Part shown: positions 1 to 12,210 of the stretch, one piece after another
How the letters are laid out: each line of letters begins with the position of its first letter
Position numbering within the stretch: position 1 is the stretch's first letter
NCBI GenBank assembly: GCA_051294375.1
Contig: JBJCIZ010000239.1
Location: 1,568,581 to 1,632,580 of the forward strand
Length of the DNA stretch: 64,000 bases
Direction: 5' to 3'
DNA from: Paraspadella gotoi
Taxonomy: Eukaryota; Animalia; Chaetognatha
Program-made: the position numbers and the translations under genes
The notes under the pieces: generated by a model
Database searches by the model: none
What the model saw: only the letters and a program-made list of their open reading frames with translations
Told to the model about the DNA's origin: nothing

Positions 1-1040
1 AATCCGAATCCGGCATCTGGAAGGCCAGAGGGGGGGGGGAATCGTGCAATTCCGGAGCTATCGCTATTATTTATAATTACAAATAGCTAGATGATACTGG
101 TTAAATTCAACGCAAGTTCTTCGGCCGACCTTCAGGCCGAGTCCTTCCTTCGAGTGAAACACGAGAGGCCGATTGAAGTCTCCGCGTTGGAAAAACTCGA
201 CGTCGAAGTCGTCGCCTTTCATCGGACGGACGAGGTTCGAGTCGTAGGCGTCTTGGCAACTCACTTTTTCTGAGGGATGGAAAGAAGGGCTTTGAAAGAA
301 GGGCTTTGAAAGAAGGTTGTTTAGGAATCGAAAAAAGGTCGTTGAAGGGCATTTAATAAATTGTTAAAAAGAACAGTGTAGTAAAATCCACTAAAATCCA
401 TCCTGTAACATCGATTCGAAGCTCAGGGACTGCTTATTGAGCAGTGCATAAATAATAAAAAATAATAAATAAACGGTATTATCACTTTCTCATAACAATT
501 ACTCTGAAAAGGTACCCTAACCAGAAGTAAAGTCACGAGAATGCGGGAAAATAATATATTAACATCAGGAAAATCTATACGGCGACAAAATCATGAGGGT
601 AAAAAAGGGGAGAAAACTAGTAGGAGAAGAGATAGAAGGTAGACTAAACCTCGTGAACGCGGCCCTGAATCCCTGGGAGGAGGATGAATGAGAAGGAGAG
701 GGGTAAATAGACCCGCGTCTGTCTATCACCTTTTATACTGAATTAAACTGTCTCTTCAAGGATTTCAAAAAAAAAAATAAATAAAATCAAAGGTGAAACA
801 ATCCTCACCGTTAAGATCGAAGCTTCGTTGTCCGTCAATGTAACTCTTCGCCTCGTCGTCCTCGAGATCTTCACTGTAAAATCTCCGCTCTCCTTTCCCT
901 CGTCGCAGCTTCATCGGGGACACGTCCTCCGCCACGACGGGTAAGTTTCGCTTCCGCGCGGCTTTCGTCGCCGCCGCAGCATCCGCGACCGCCGCCGCAG
1001 CATCCGCCGCTACCGACGCCGCCGTCGCCTTCGTCGTCAT
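1..1040 (-). CDS. KDM2: JmjC histone demethylase KDM2-like, 5' part (continues beyond left edge)
   Basis: Exons ~1040-810, 269-130 and 16-1 join by GT-AG to ...GQRSFDLN-EKVSCQDAYDSNLVRPMKGDDFDVEFFQRGDFNRPLVFHSKEGLGLK-MPDSD, resembling the KDM2A/B N-terminus before the JmjC domain. Start codon uncertain. Confidence 0.85.
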
Positions 1041-1431
1041 CGGCTCACCCTCGCTCCAAACCGTCGAATCATATTGGGCTTTCATGCAGATTGCAGAGTT
1101 CGGAGTGAGGGCCAATTTGATAATAACGATTTAAGATCCGATAGTCACGGCTCGGGAGAAGAAAAGTCAAATGTCACGTCGGACCGGACGATCGGGCATC
1201 GTTCAAAAAAGCCACGGAATTTAACATCCTTTTTCGAAACTATTAAATTTTTTCAACATTTTTTTAAATTAGCGATGAAAAAAAAGGTAGTAAATATAAA
1301 TTTGGAGGATATATAATGAGGGTAACGGCAACGTAAACGTGAATGGATGTCCTTGGCTTTTCTCTATTATTTTTGACTGTATTCTTGTCCGAAGGGAAGA
1401 AAAAAAAAGAACAACACAACCTTTTCATATT

Positions 1432-3605
1432 TCATCGTTTCTTGGATCGCGCAGAGGAAACGCGGAAGGCGAGGAGAAACTCGGGACGTGACTCGCACCT
1501 TTGACACCAACTGGAACGAAATAAGTAAACAAACGTAGATTAAAGGTTTTAAACAAACTATATATTCCCAAATTATCACCTCTCGACGTTCGCCGGGAGC
1601 GCCGCGGCGCCGAATGAGCCCGACCGCACGAGCGCCCAATTGAGGACGTCGGCGAGAGAGAGATCGTCGCCGACGAGCCACTTGCGCGACGCCGTTAATC
1701 GACCCGACAAAGATTTGAGGAGGGACGAGTATTCCTTTTCGCTGGGATGAGAAGGAGAGAGTTGTCGTTATTAATAGATTAGGATGGGGAGAAAGGATTG
1801 CTTAAAAGTTCTTCTGGGTTATATTTAACCCTCATTGACAATTACAAGTTAAATTAGGCAAGAACGACAATCACATCTAATCCGTTTTGAATTTTCCTAA
1901 CGTCATTTGCATATTGTAATATACTATTATTAAAAATTCAATGGTTTTTGTTGTTTCAACATTTGGTTTATATTTCCGCTTCACTCCAGTGTTTAATAGT
2001 CTAAATGAATCATGGATAATTTCGCTATAATTTATCAACTAAGCCTCGCTCCTATATTCCTTCCAGTTTAACCTCCTTTCTGTAACCCTTCATCATGCAC
2101 CTGGTGCATCTGGCGGCGTCCGTCCAGGCGTCGATCTCGGTGACTCGCAACGCGTCCTCCGACTCGTAGGTGGCGCCAAAGACTCGGGCTAAGTAGCGGC
2201 AGATTGCCGCTTCTCCTCGGACCATCGCTTGTCTAAATGTAATAAATATAATAGAATATAGTTAACAACTTAACATATTTAAATATTTAAATTCCTCACC
2301 TGTGTGGCGAGATCATCATTTCCGCTCCGCCGGCGACGTCTTTCCAGATGAGCGTGAAGGCGATCTGAAAAGCGGCGCGTGAGGCGACGCCGCCCGCGAT
2401 TCCGGCGTCGGAGATGGCGCCGCCGTTGAGGCCGAAAGCGTCGGTGAGAGATCGAGTCACTTTGGAGACGGAGGAGTGAATGTGAACAGACCCTGGAAAT
2501 CGGGGTTGGATTTTTTACTTCTGGGGCAGCAAGTCGACGAACGATTTTTCAGCTTGTTCTTGAAATATTTTTATAGCTTTAAAAATCTGAAACATTACTA
2601 GTTTTTAATTACCTAAAATCGTTATAATTTAGTGCGAAAAAAGTCCATCAGACAAATCTCCATTGGGAATTTTTCAACGCAAGAGCTTTAAATAAATTCG
2701 ACCTCTTATGGTTTTTTTTTTTATCGAATTAATCATTTTTCTACCCCCAAAGCGAAAATCGGCAACCCTCACCGCGATATGCAAATGTCATTTACGAATT
2801 TTTTTTCCCCCCGTAAATATTGAAGGTTCCGGCTCGTCAAAACAGTTTCCCCCTAATTTAAAAGGAAATGCGTCACCTGTGAGACGAAACTTCCGACGGA
2901 GCATCTCGACGTAAACGAGAACGGCGAGCGGCGGACGATCAGGATGCGCGGAGACGACGATGTCGCGGACGACGGCGTCGTCCAACGTCGTCGACGATGA
3001 AGACGACGACGTCGCTGGAGCCAACGACGCCACGATCGCCTTCAAGACTTCCTGGGGAAGTTTGTCCGCTCCCATTTCCTTCTTGAGAATCTCCACTTCG
3101 ATTTTCAAATCCTCCAGAGTCTTGAGCAACTGAAGTTGATTGTTCCTGGATCGGATGGAAGGGATTATGGGGTCAGAGAAAAAAAAGATAAATAATTCTG
3201 AAGCAGCAGAAGTGTAAATGGGTGTCAGGATTATAGATGGAAGAAAAGCTTTCCAACTTTCAATATAATGTTATACATATTCCTGAACAACTTTAAAAAC
3301 GACGTAGATAAATTTTCGTCTTTAGCCTTTTTTCTTGCGCGCGCTCTCTCTCTCTCTCTCTCCACCTTTCAACACCTAAAACTGTTGACGGCCTCCCTCT
3401 CCTCCGCGGAGAGATTCCTGATCATCTCATCCTCGTTGGCCAACTCCTCCGTCGACGGAAGAGTCGACTCCCGCCGATCAAGGCTCGACGTCTTGACGTC
3501 GCCGACGATCCGCTTCATGCGATACATCGGCGACGTCGAGGATGCGGGAGGCGGGATGTCGACGACCGGACGAAGACGGTACATCACGTCGTCGGCGCGA
3601 ACCAT
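1432..3605 (-). CDS. AIMP2: Aminoacyl-tRNA synthetase complex-interacting protein 2 (p38/JTV-1)
   Basis: Six exons. Motifs MYRLRP/MYRMKRI, DIVVSAHPDRPP, VHIHSSV, GEAAICRYLAR, KWLVGDDLSLADV and PANVESWCQRCE (GST-C-like). Stop at 1432-1434. Confidence 0.9.
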
Positions 3606-5132
3606 TTTTTTTGTATTGCACTCGATTTATTTACTTCTTTCGGTAAGTTCGTTGCTCTTTAAGTTTTTTTTTTCGAACTGACGTTCGGAAGGAGGCAGAA
3701 AATATTAAGCATCAATTTATCTTTAATGGTACATTTAATTTCGATTTCACGCAGACAACAATTTTTTTTTTTTTGAGGGGAGGGAAAGGAAAAAAGGAAC
3801 GAACGAACGACAGGGTTAGGGAAAGGGGAACGTACACGAAGTAGGGCTGACTTAGCTATATTATGAATTGCTATGATACCCCTTCGCACAGAAATTCTTT
3901 CCGCTCGAGTGAAGATGGACTTGACGAGTTGGGGAGCGTAAGAGGAAGATGAATGAGCAAAATGGCGGAATGACGCGAGACGTTTTGGGGATCGGGGAAA
4001 ATGACTACATCCGGGGGGGAAAACGAAATCCGGGTTTCGTGAGGCGGAAAACGACATCCGGGATTCGTGAGGCGGAAAAGGCCGACGAACGCTTTTTGCA
4101 AATTTTCGGGGACGCGAAAAAAATGTAACCGTTTAAAATGAAACCCCCCTTAAAAAGCGACTACAGTTGTCCCGACCCTGGCAATTGGCCCACCCTGGAT
4201 GCACATGTACAAAGTCCCTGATTTAGAAACGAGACTAAAACCCTATATAACAACCACAAACTAGGAAACAACATTTTTCCTTCAAAAAACTTGCTATTTT
4301 AACGTTTCTAGACGCGAAAAAAAAAACGGCGAGTAAGAATAAAGACAATTGGTAGCCTAACTGGTTTGACAGTTTGTTTGACTCGTTGTAAAACTTGTGA
4401 ATGATGGTATTAATTAACTATTGAAGAGGATATAACTGGCAACGACTAAAAAATCGCCTAGTAGTAGTAAATACCGAATGAAAACACAACAGAAAAAAAA
4501 AGAAAACGACTATAAACTATTTTCAAAACATGCCGCACAAATCGTGTAAATGTTTTTTTTTTGTTTTGTTTTGGTAAACGAAAAAAACGGGTTATTATTA
4601 TCACAGGTATGAACAACGGGAACGAATCACTACATCGAAAGGTTGTTGTTGTTGTTGTGAACTAAACAAAAGGATTACGTACTGATGAGTAGAACATACT
4701 TTTTTCAATATTTCGGTGGCATGTTTTCTCATAAATTTGTATTTTCGCCGATTAAAAATTGATATTAATTAATATTCACGAAACAGTCAAATAACGAGAC
4801 CGAGACCATAATAATTAAAACGAACGGACAAAAAATGAACAATATTTCACTGCGGTAATATTAACGTAGGCCTAAAAAAAAAAGGAAGGAAGGATTATCG
4901 GAAAAAAAAAATAATCGGAACGAAACTACACAAGCGAATCCAAAACAGACTCTTTTTCGAGGGGGACAAGAATGGCAAAGGGTGTTTAAAAAAAAAGAGA
5001 GAAATGTTCCTTAGTAAAAAAAAAGGGAAATGATCCTTAGTAAAAATTCGGTGGCATCGGAGGTTTTTATCATCGACGGGGTGGGGGGGGGAGGGGTTAG
5101 AGAGGAAGTGGTGGCGGCGGCTGCTTCTTCGA

Positions 5133-8100
5133 TCAATCTTTGTTCGACGTTTCCGTGACGCTCCAACCCAAGACTTTTCGATCGAACCCGGATGTGACCA
5201 AGTTACAGCCCACGTTGGCGCCGCCCTCTGCCCAAACGGTGGAGGTCACCATGCGCCGATGACCCTGGGGGTTGAAAACGATTTTCTAACAGTTCATTCT
5301 CTTTTCTCTCTTAGTTTTAAACTTACTTTTTAAAAACTTATTTCTTCAAGTTTTAAAGGTTTTTTTTTATAATAATTTTTTTAGCTTTTTTTTAACAATA
5401 TCTAAAAATATATCGATGAAAAGTCTGGACGCGACTAAAGAGAAAAGCATTTCCGAGAAATGCCTTCAAACCTGTCGGTTGGAGCGTCGCAATCTTCCCA
5501 GCCTCTCGCCGTTGAGGTGATAGAGTTTGACGTGACGATTGTCGCACGGGATAGCGATCCAGTTCTTCTTGGAGACGGCGAGGCGGTTGACGGCCGAGTC
5601 CGTACGGATGCTCGACAGCGGCGAACGCATGTTCTTCAAGTCCCAGACGCGTACGGTCCGGTCGTCAGAACCGGACACGACCTTGTCGGAGCCGGCAAAG
5701 ACGGCCGTGGCCACGGGTTGGGAGTGACCCTTTGGGAATCGTGAGCTTTGAATCTCGGCTTTGTGACTTCGGGGGGGGGGGGAAACGAACCTGGAAGATG
5801 TTGACCGAATGAAGACTCCGGAAATCCCAGAGTCGAAACGTGGTGTCCTTTGACGAAGTCACTATGAGCCTCTGATCCGGATGACACGTGACGTTCGTCA
5901 ATTCCAGATCGTGACCTGAGGAAGGGATTGTCGTTGTTGTTTTGCGACGATCTTGTGATTGGTGAGACTTCAAAAACGCTTACCTGTCAAAGACTGAATC
6001 AGAGATTGGCTTTCGGCGTCGTAGAGATTCGCTGTTCGGTCCCACGAGGCCGTAACCAACTGAGGAAACGAGATTTGAACAATATTTCATACGACTTGGA
6101 TTTAAACTTACACTTATTTATGCGAGTTGATGATCCCTTCGATCACCTGTGACCCTCCGTGAATCCAATCGGCGGCGGAGACGACGTCCGTGTGACCCGA
6201 AATCACCGTCACCGGATGACGCACGACCGGGAACGCGTTGTCCGAGGGGGCGTGGCTTAAGGACGTCCCGCCGGGAACGGACGTTTGAGACAATGAGACG
6301 GCGACGCTCGTCAACTGAGATGGAATAAGAAATGAAATTTAAAAACAAAAGGACATCGCGGGATTTCTTTAGTAATAATAATTAAACAAATCGATCGATA
6401 CTTGATAATTGTTGGAGGAGTTGGAAAGAACGGTGGCGGAATTGGGCGGAGTGGCGGAATGATTGGTTTGAGAAGCGCTGATTGGATCTGAGGTTGTTTT
6501 TTTTAAAAAAAAAGAAAAAATAACTTGGAAAGCAATAATTATATAAATAATAAATGTAGCAACGAATACATATTCACGTTATCAAGTTTTTTTAATCACG
6601 TCACCAAATTATTATCAAATTTAGTATGAGGCAAAAAAAAAAAAAACTTGTTGTACCCGCGTTCGCCCCGGCCGCGACCGAGTTGGCGGAGGGCGCGGCC
6701 GACGTGGGGACGGAGTCATTGAAGCTCTCCTTGTCGTAGAGGTTGTCGTCCTCCGACCCATCGAGCTCCTCCTCCCCCGACGACTGGCACTTGGCGAGCA
6801 TTTCCAGGTTGGAGGGCAGCGAGACCGCCGCCCGCCAAATGTGGGCGGTCCCGTCGCCCGAGGCCGTCAGAACCAAGTCTTAAGAGAAAAGGGGGGCGCG
6901 GCGAATCACGTTTTGTTCACATATTTCACTGGTAGTTAACGAATGGCGAATTAGACACCACGGCTCACCTTGCACTGGATGGAACCGAATTGAGTTGACG
7001 GAACCAGAGTGACCCACGTACTGAAGCAAGCACGCTTCGTTTTGCAAGCACCAAATTCTAACGGGGGATTAAAGCGGCGAAGAAAAGGTCCGGAGAATCA
7101 TTAATTTGGAAAGATGCGAATTTAATTAACGATTGACAATAAAAATGTAAGAGATGATTATTTAATATGATCTTAAATGAGATTGAATCTCATTTGCATG
7201 TTGCAGTATTGAATCTAAATGTGTCTAATTTTATTTTGGATTTTGATATTAGTTCTGTTTCATGGTTTTGAACCTGAACCTTTTGGTACCTAGTTATATG
7301 CCTATCTTATCTCAGGCAAACACATACCCCCCCTTATAAAAACCTTGCGGTGAAGTCGGCGGATGCGGTTCCGAGGACGATGGGAGTTTGTTTGGAAAGA
7401 GCGAGGTCCCAGACGCCGTCGCGATGCCCTTTGAACATTCGCATCTGTGGAAGAACAGACATTGGGAGTAAAATAGAAATGACAATAACGAAAGTTTATA
7501 TACATATAATAAAAATATTCCTAAAAACAAGTAAAATAAAACTTTTACAAAAATCGAATCGCATGATACGTAAAATAATTTAAACTACTACAAGATGTAA
7601 ATGAGATTAAAAGACTACTGACAAAAATGGAAATGACGATGACAAAAAAAAGATAATGACAAAAAAAACTGACGATCCCGCAACGCACGGTCCCGAACAA
7701 CCTGCGAACCTGATTATTTCCCCCGGCCGACATGGGGTTGGTGATTCCACCCTTGAACGAAGAGAGGATCTTAGACTGCGACGCCTTGTAAGTCGTTTTG
7801 ATTTTCTGAGAAATCTGAATTGGCCGGTTGGTTTTGCCGGAGGAGGAGGGTCCGCCGCCGGACGACGTCGGAATCGGCGCCACGATCGTCGGCAACTTGG
7901 TCGCCGACGACGGAGCGGTGGGTAGAACCGCGGAGGGCGCTGATAACGGGGGGGGGGATAATAATTCAATTCATATTAATAATATTATCAATAACGCATT
8001 TGCAACATACCCTCGGTAGAATACGGCGAGGCCGAGGTCGGTGGCGACGACGTGGTCAATGAAGGAAGACGACCTAGAAAAAATGGAGAGGGTGAAAGGG

Positions 8101-9478
8101 AACAAAATTTAGTTAAAGAAGGATAAGAGTTACATTTTTTCCGTACATTTACATTCAAAAATCTGAGAAATTTGAACAACAGAGTGATAGGGCTCATCCT
8201 ACTACTAAAAATACCAACCTGTCGTCGTCGAGTCGGCGACGCCCTGAAGTCGGTCGGACTGAGCCCCCAGTTGCTGATGAAGAGCCTCGTTTTCCGCGTG
8301 GAGAACCTCGAACTCTTGGATGATCTGAGAGAAGAGATCCGCGAGACGAGTCCGAGTCGCCGGCGGAAGAGAGTTGCCCGTTCCGCCGCCCTCAACGAAG
8401 CCTATGGGAAAATAAAGGGGAGGGAAGAATGCCCTCGTATAAATAATAAATGTGTGATGGGTTAATAGTTGGATTCGGTATTCAAAGAAGCGAACCTAAC
8501 AACGGAAAGGCGAGCGGGTTGTCGCCGCTCGATACCGAGTGCTGCTGCGGTAACTTCCGCCCGCCGTTGGAGGGGCCGTGGCGTTTTTGTCCGACGATTT
8601 GCTTCCGCCGCGGGATTTGATTTTTCCGCCGAGGAGCGATCCGACCGGGGCTGGTGGAGAGGGGGTAGAGGGGGTAGAGGAGAGAGGGGGAGAAGGGGTA
8701 GAGGAGAGAGGGGTAGAGGAGAGAGGGGTTAGGGGAGAGGGAGACGGTTTATATGAAATTGGTACAACCAAAATATAAAAATTATCCATTCATTTGACTT
8801 TGGACAGGATTTGGTTGTTTAAGACCTCCATCACTCTTACAAGATGACATAATGACATAACAGGTCCCTGTAAGCTTTCAATCAAGACTCTCACAGTATC
8901 GTTTATTCACTCCCAGAGTACCTGGCTTCCCTATCAATGAAGTGGAAAATATATATTATAAGTTCTGTTGGATGATTTTACAAAAATATTTAATTTTTAT
9001 CATTGTAATTAAACTAATTATACAATTTTTATGCCAAAGGTACGAAACCGAATCGCGTGGGTTGAATCACGTGGAAGGCGGATGGCCTCTTTTCGTAGTT
9101 TTTCTGACCCCATAACCCCATTATCATTTTACTTCTTGTTACTAAATGCGAGGGAAAAAAAAGCAAAGAAAAAATGCAAAACGCTAAAAATCACAAGTAC
9201 GTATTTACATTGGCTTCAAAAGTCAGCCATAACAAGGTCATTCATGGTTTGTTATAATCAGGTCGTTCTTTCTGACCACGACGGGTCGCAAAGTACAAAG
9301 ACTTCGTCGTTGTATTCGTCGTCGTTGTTCAAATCACTTGAGTTCCCACATGAGCCTCGTTTAATCCCTTCGCTTCATTTTTCCCCCCTCATTTTCGTCT
9401 CTTCCACTCGGAACATAATCCCTCACCTTGAGAATTGGAGCTCGGGACCGGATTGACGGCGTCCGATGCGCGAGACAT
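5133..9478 (-). CDS. WDR37: WD repeat-containing protein 37
   Basis: About 13 exons. Coiled coil [19 protein letters not shown]; WD repeats [43 protein letters not shown]; C-terminal GHRRMV...[10 protein letters not shown]. First exon (ATG 9478) is inferred. Confidence 0.9.
7146..7270. mobile_element. Repeat family B, partial copy (left TIR plus ATTTGCAT core) in a WDR37 intron
   Basis: Begins TGTAAGAGATGATTATTTAATATGATCTTAA, matching 58386 and closely matching 32269. Confidence 0.7.
8661..8741. repeat. Purine minisatellite, about (GGGGTAGAGGAGAGAG)n, at the 3' end of WDR37 intron 1
   Basis: About four imperfect copies. It reads as a pyrimidine tract on the transcribed strand next to the acceptor at 8651. 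Confidence 0.8.
8748..8952. repeat. Repeat family A, diverged single copy in WDR37 intron 1
   Basis: Aligns by eye, with small deletions, to the 31197-32169 unit and to 36968-37198. Confidence 0.9.
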
Positions 9479-9900
9479 TTTTTTCTCTTTCGGCGTCGAA
9501 CGAATTCCGACTGAAGAGTATTGATTCAGATAGGGAGGGGGGGCGTGGCCGTCGCCGAGTCACGTGTGAAACGCGAATCGACGTCCGGGACGACGATGGG
9601 TCATGGGGGAGTAAAATTAGGCGAGGTTCGAAAGAGATTAAGTCTTTTCGAGGTTTGCATTCTGACGATTCAGGAAGTTAAAAATTTGAAGAATAAAAAA
9701 AAAGTACAATTTTTTCAGTTCACACAAAAGATCTCGACTCATAACCATGGAACAGATAAGTATGTATATAGATTATAGAAACAATTGAATAAACAGCCCT
9801 AGTTTTTTTTTTGTTTTTTTTGACGACTGTTATTGTCATCGTTGCTGATGATTTCAACGGTTTGACGGTATTAACTAATTTTTTTTCTCATATCACCATA

Positions 9901-10020
9901 TTAGATGCATAGTAAAACGACTGTGGGATAGTGAAACTGCTGACGCGTTCTGAGGCATACGAGCAAGGCTGAGAAAATCTGAGCTGCCAATTTGGTCTGC
10001 AGCCACCCCATGATCTTCAT
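9901..10020 (-). CDS. Candidate 39-aa microprotein MKIMGWLQTKLAAQIFSALLVCLRTRQQFHYPTVVLLCI
   Basis: ATG in aaaATG context to TAA. The ORF coincides with a GC-richer island in AT-rich DNA, and a candidate acceptor (ttttttag) lies at ~10089. It is below the ORF-track size cutoff. Confidence 0.5.
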   Translation of the reverse strand: MKIMGWLQTKLAAQIFSALLVCLRTRQQFHYPTVVLLCI

Positions 10021-10397
10021 TTTGATAACAACAATAACAACAATATCAATAATTGTTGAAAATTGTGATCAATGCATGAGGCTTCTTTCAGATTCTAACT
10101 AAAAAAACGCCGGATTCTATTTAAACAATTTAAAACTGTCAAAACCCCATAAAAATAGGCGGGCGTATTAAAATAATGAAAAAGGAAAAAAATCTTCAAA
10201 AATGTTTTAAAATATAAAATTTTAAAGTCTTAGTCTAACCAAAACTGGATAAAGAGCTGGATTCAAGGTTTGGATGCACGAGCATTACTACATTATTAAT
10301 ATTATATAGAGTTTTGGACCAAAATCAGTATCACAGATCGATGATCGCTTTATTCTAATTTTTTCTCTCAATCACTCAATTTTATAGTTTCCGTATT

Positions 10398-12055
10398 TCA
10401 TTGTTTGAAATTTTTCAAGATTTTTTCAGCGGCTCTGAGGGTCTTTTCATCTTTGATGAAGCAGAATCGAATAATTCTTTCGCCCAAGTGACGATGTTGC
10501 TCCGAATAGAAGGCCGTCGATGGGATCGTGCCCAGCTTGTAGTTTCGGATGAGCCACTTGGCGAACCGGAAGTCAAAAGCGTCGTCCTTGTCAAGACCCT
10601 CGGCTTCGATGGCTTCGGCCACCCTGGGCAGGAGTTTGGACACGTCGGCCATCATGAAATATCTGAGAGAGAGAGAGGCGAAAAAGAAAAAGAAAGAAAA
10701 GAGAGAGAGAAGAGAGAGAGAGAGAGCAAAATCAATTTTTGGTAAACCAAACTTGGTAAAAAGAATTTGGTAAAGTTTGTCCAACAGTTTTGTGATTTTG
10801 TTCTCAACAAACAAAACTCTTGGTAGAATTGAATTGTATTTTATATTTGTGAAAAAAATCGCATTTTTTTAGAATACAAAAGACTGACTCACCCTCCCTC
10901 CGGCAGATAAGGAACAAAGCCTGCATCGGCCAGCGTCACTGCCAGGGCGTCTCGCTTCGGCTCCAATTCAGCTGGCAACGACTCAAAGTAGCAATCGGGA
11001 CTCCCAAGCCTCTCTGTCTCCTTTTCAAACCCAACTGCCACAGCCTCTTGAATCGGAGTGGGGCAAGTGTAGATGGTGTTCTGGTGCACAGTTTGCATGG
11101 CCTTCATTAGCCTTGGTGGGGCCAGGCTCCAGCCTAGCTTCCACCCAGTGCAGCTAAAGGTCTTCCCCGCGCTGCCGATGGTCACGGTCCGGTCCCACAT
11201 GTTTGGCAGGGTAGCGGCCCGGAAGTGCTGGCTGCCTTTGTAAACCAAGTGCTCGTAGACCTCATCAGATATGTAGATCGCGTCGTGTTTGATGCATAGG
11301 TCGGCGATCATTTGGATCTCTTGGCGCGAAAAGATCTTGCCCACGGGATTGTGTGGCGTGTTGACAATGATGGCACGGGTCTTGGCGTTAAACTTGGACG
11401 CCAACTCCTCGGGGTCAAGCCTCCAGTCGGCAGAAGATAAGTGTCCGTTTCCAACTGACTTTTGCGGCCGAAGTGGCACAAAGACGGGGACCCCTCCCGC
11501 GATGGAGACCATGGGATGATAGCAGTCGAAAAAGGGCTCAATGATGATAACTTCATCTCCTGGATGAACGAGCCCTGTGATAGCGGCGTGGAGACTGCCA
11601 TAGGCTCCAACGGTAATCAGCACATCCTTCAAGGGGTCTAATTGACGGCCCAGCAAAGAAGAATACAGTTTGGCGATGGCCTTGACTAGACGTGGGTGTC
11701 CATAGCTACGGGTGTACTGGTGCAAGGCAAAGTTGTCGCTGGAGACTGCCTCTATGATGGCATCCTTGACGGCAGCGGGCGGGGAGTGATGCTTCATATC
11801 GGCGAAGCCCTGACCCAAGTTGCAGGTCCCATGCTCAACATTAAGGGCCCCAAATTCAACCCATACGTTGCGGTCAAAGCCGGCATAGCGAGGGGAGAGT
11901 TCATCAGCTCGTGTTGGCATGGCGGGTGCGGGATTTAGACGGCTCGAGAGGAAGGGAATTGAAGTAAAACGAAACCCACGGGTGACGTGTCTAAGAAACG
12001 ATGGGCGAAATGTCAAGGATGAATAACATTTCAAGCAAGAGTTTAAAACAGACAT
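10398..12055 (-). CDS. KYAT3: Kynurenine aminotransferase (class I PLP aminotransferase) with mitochondrial-type presequence
   Basis: NLGQGF, QYTRSYGHPRL, NTPHNPVGK, SDEVYE, GSAGKTFSCTGWKLGW (PLP lysine) and IRFCFIK. Two exons with intron ~10663-10892. KYAT1 versus KYAT3 orthology cannot be resolved here. Confidence 0.92.
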
Positions 12056-12210
12056 CTGCGACAATGAAAAGTCGTAAAAAGGGAATTCGAAATGTATAAA
12101 AGTACATGGACCAAACGGATTGTTTTAAATAGTTTGTCATTTTCTTTTCAATTCCTCATAGGAAAATCACGGCGGGCAATAATCACAGCAAACGTTTGAT
12201 AATTCCATTT

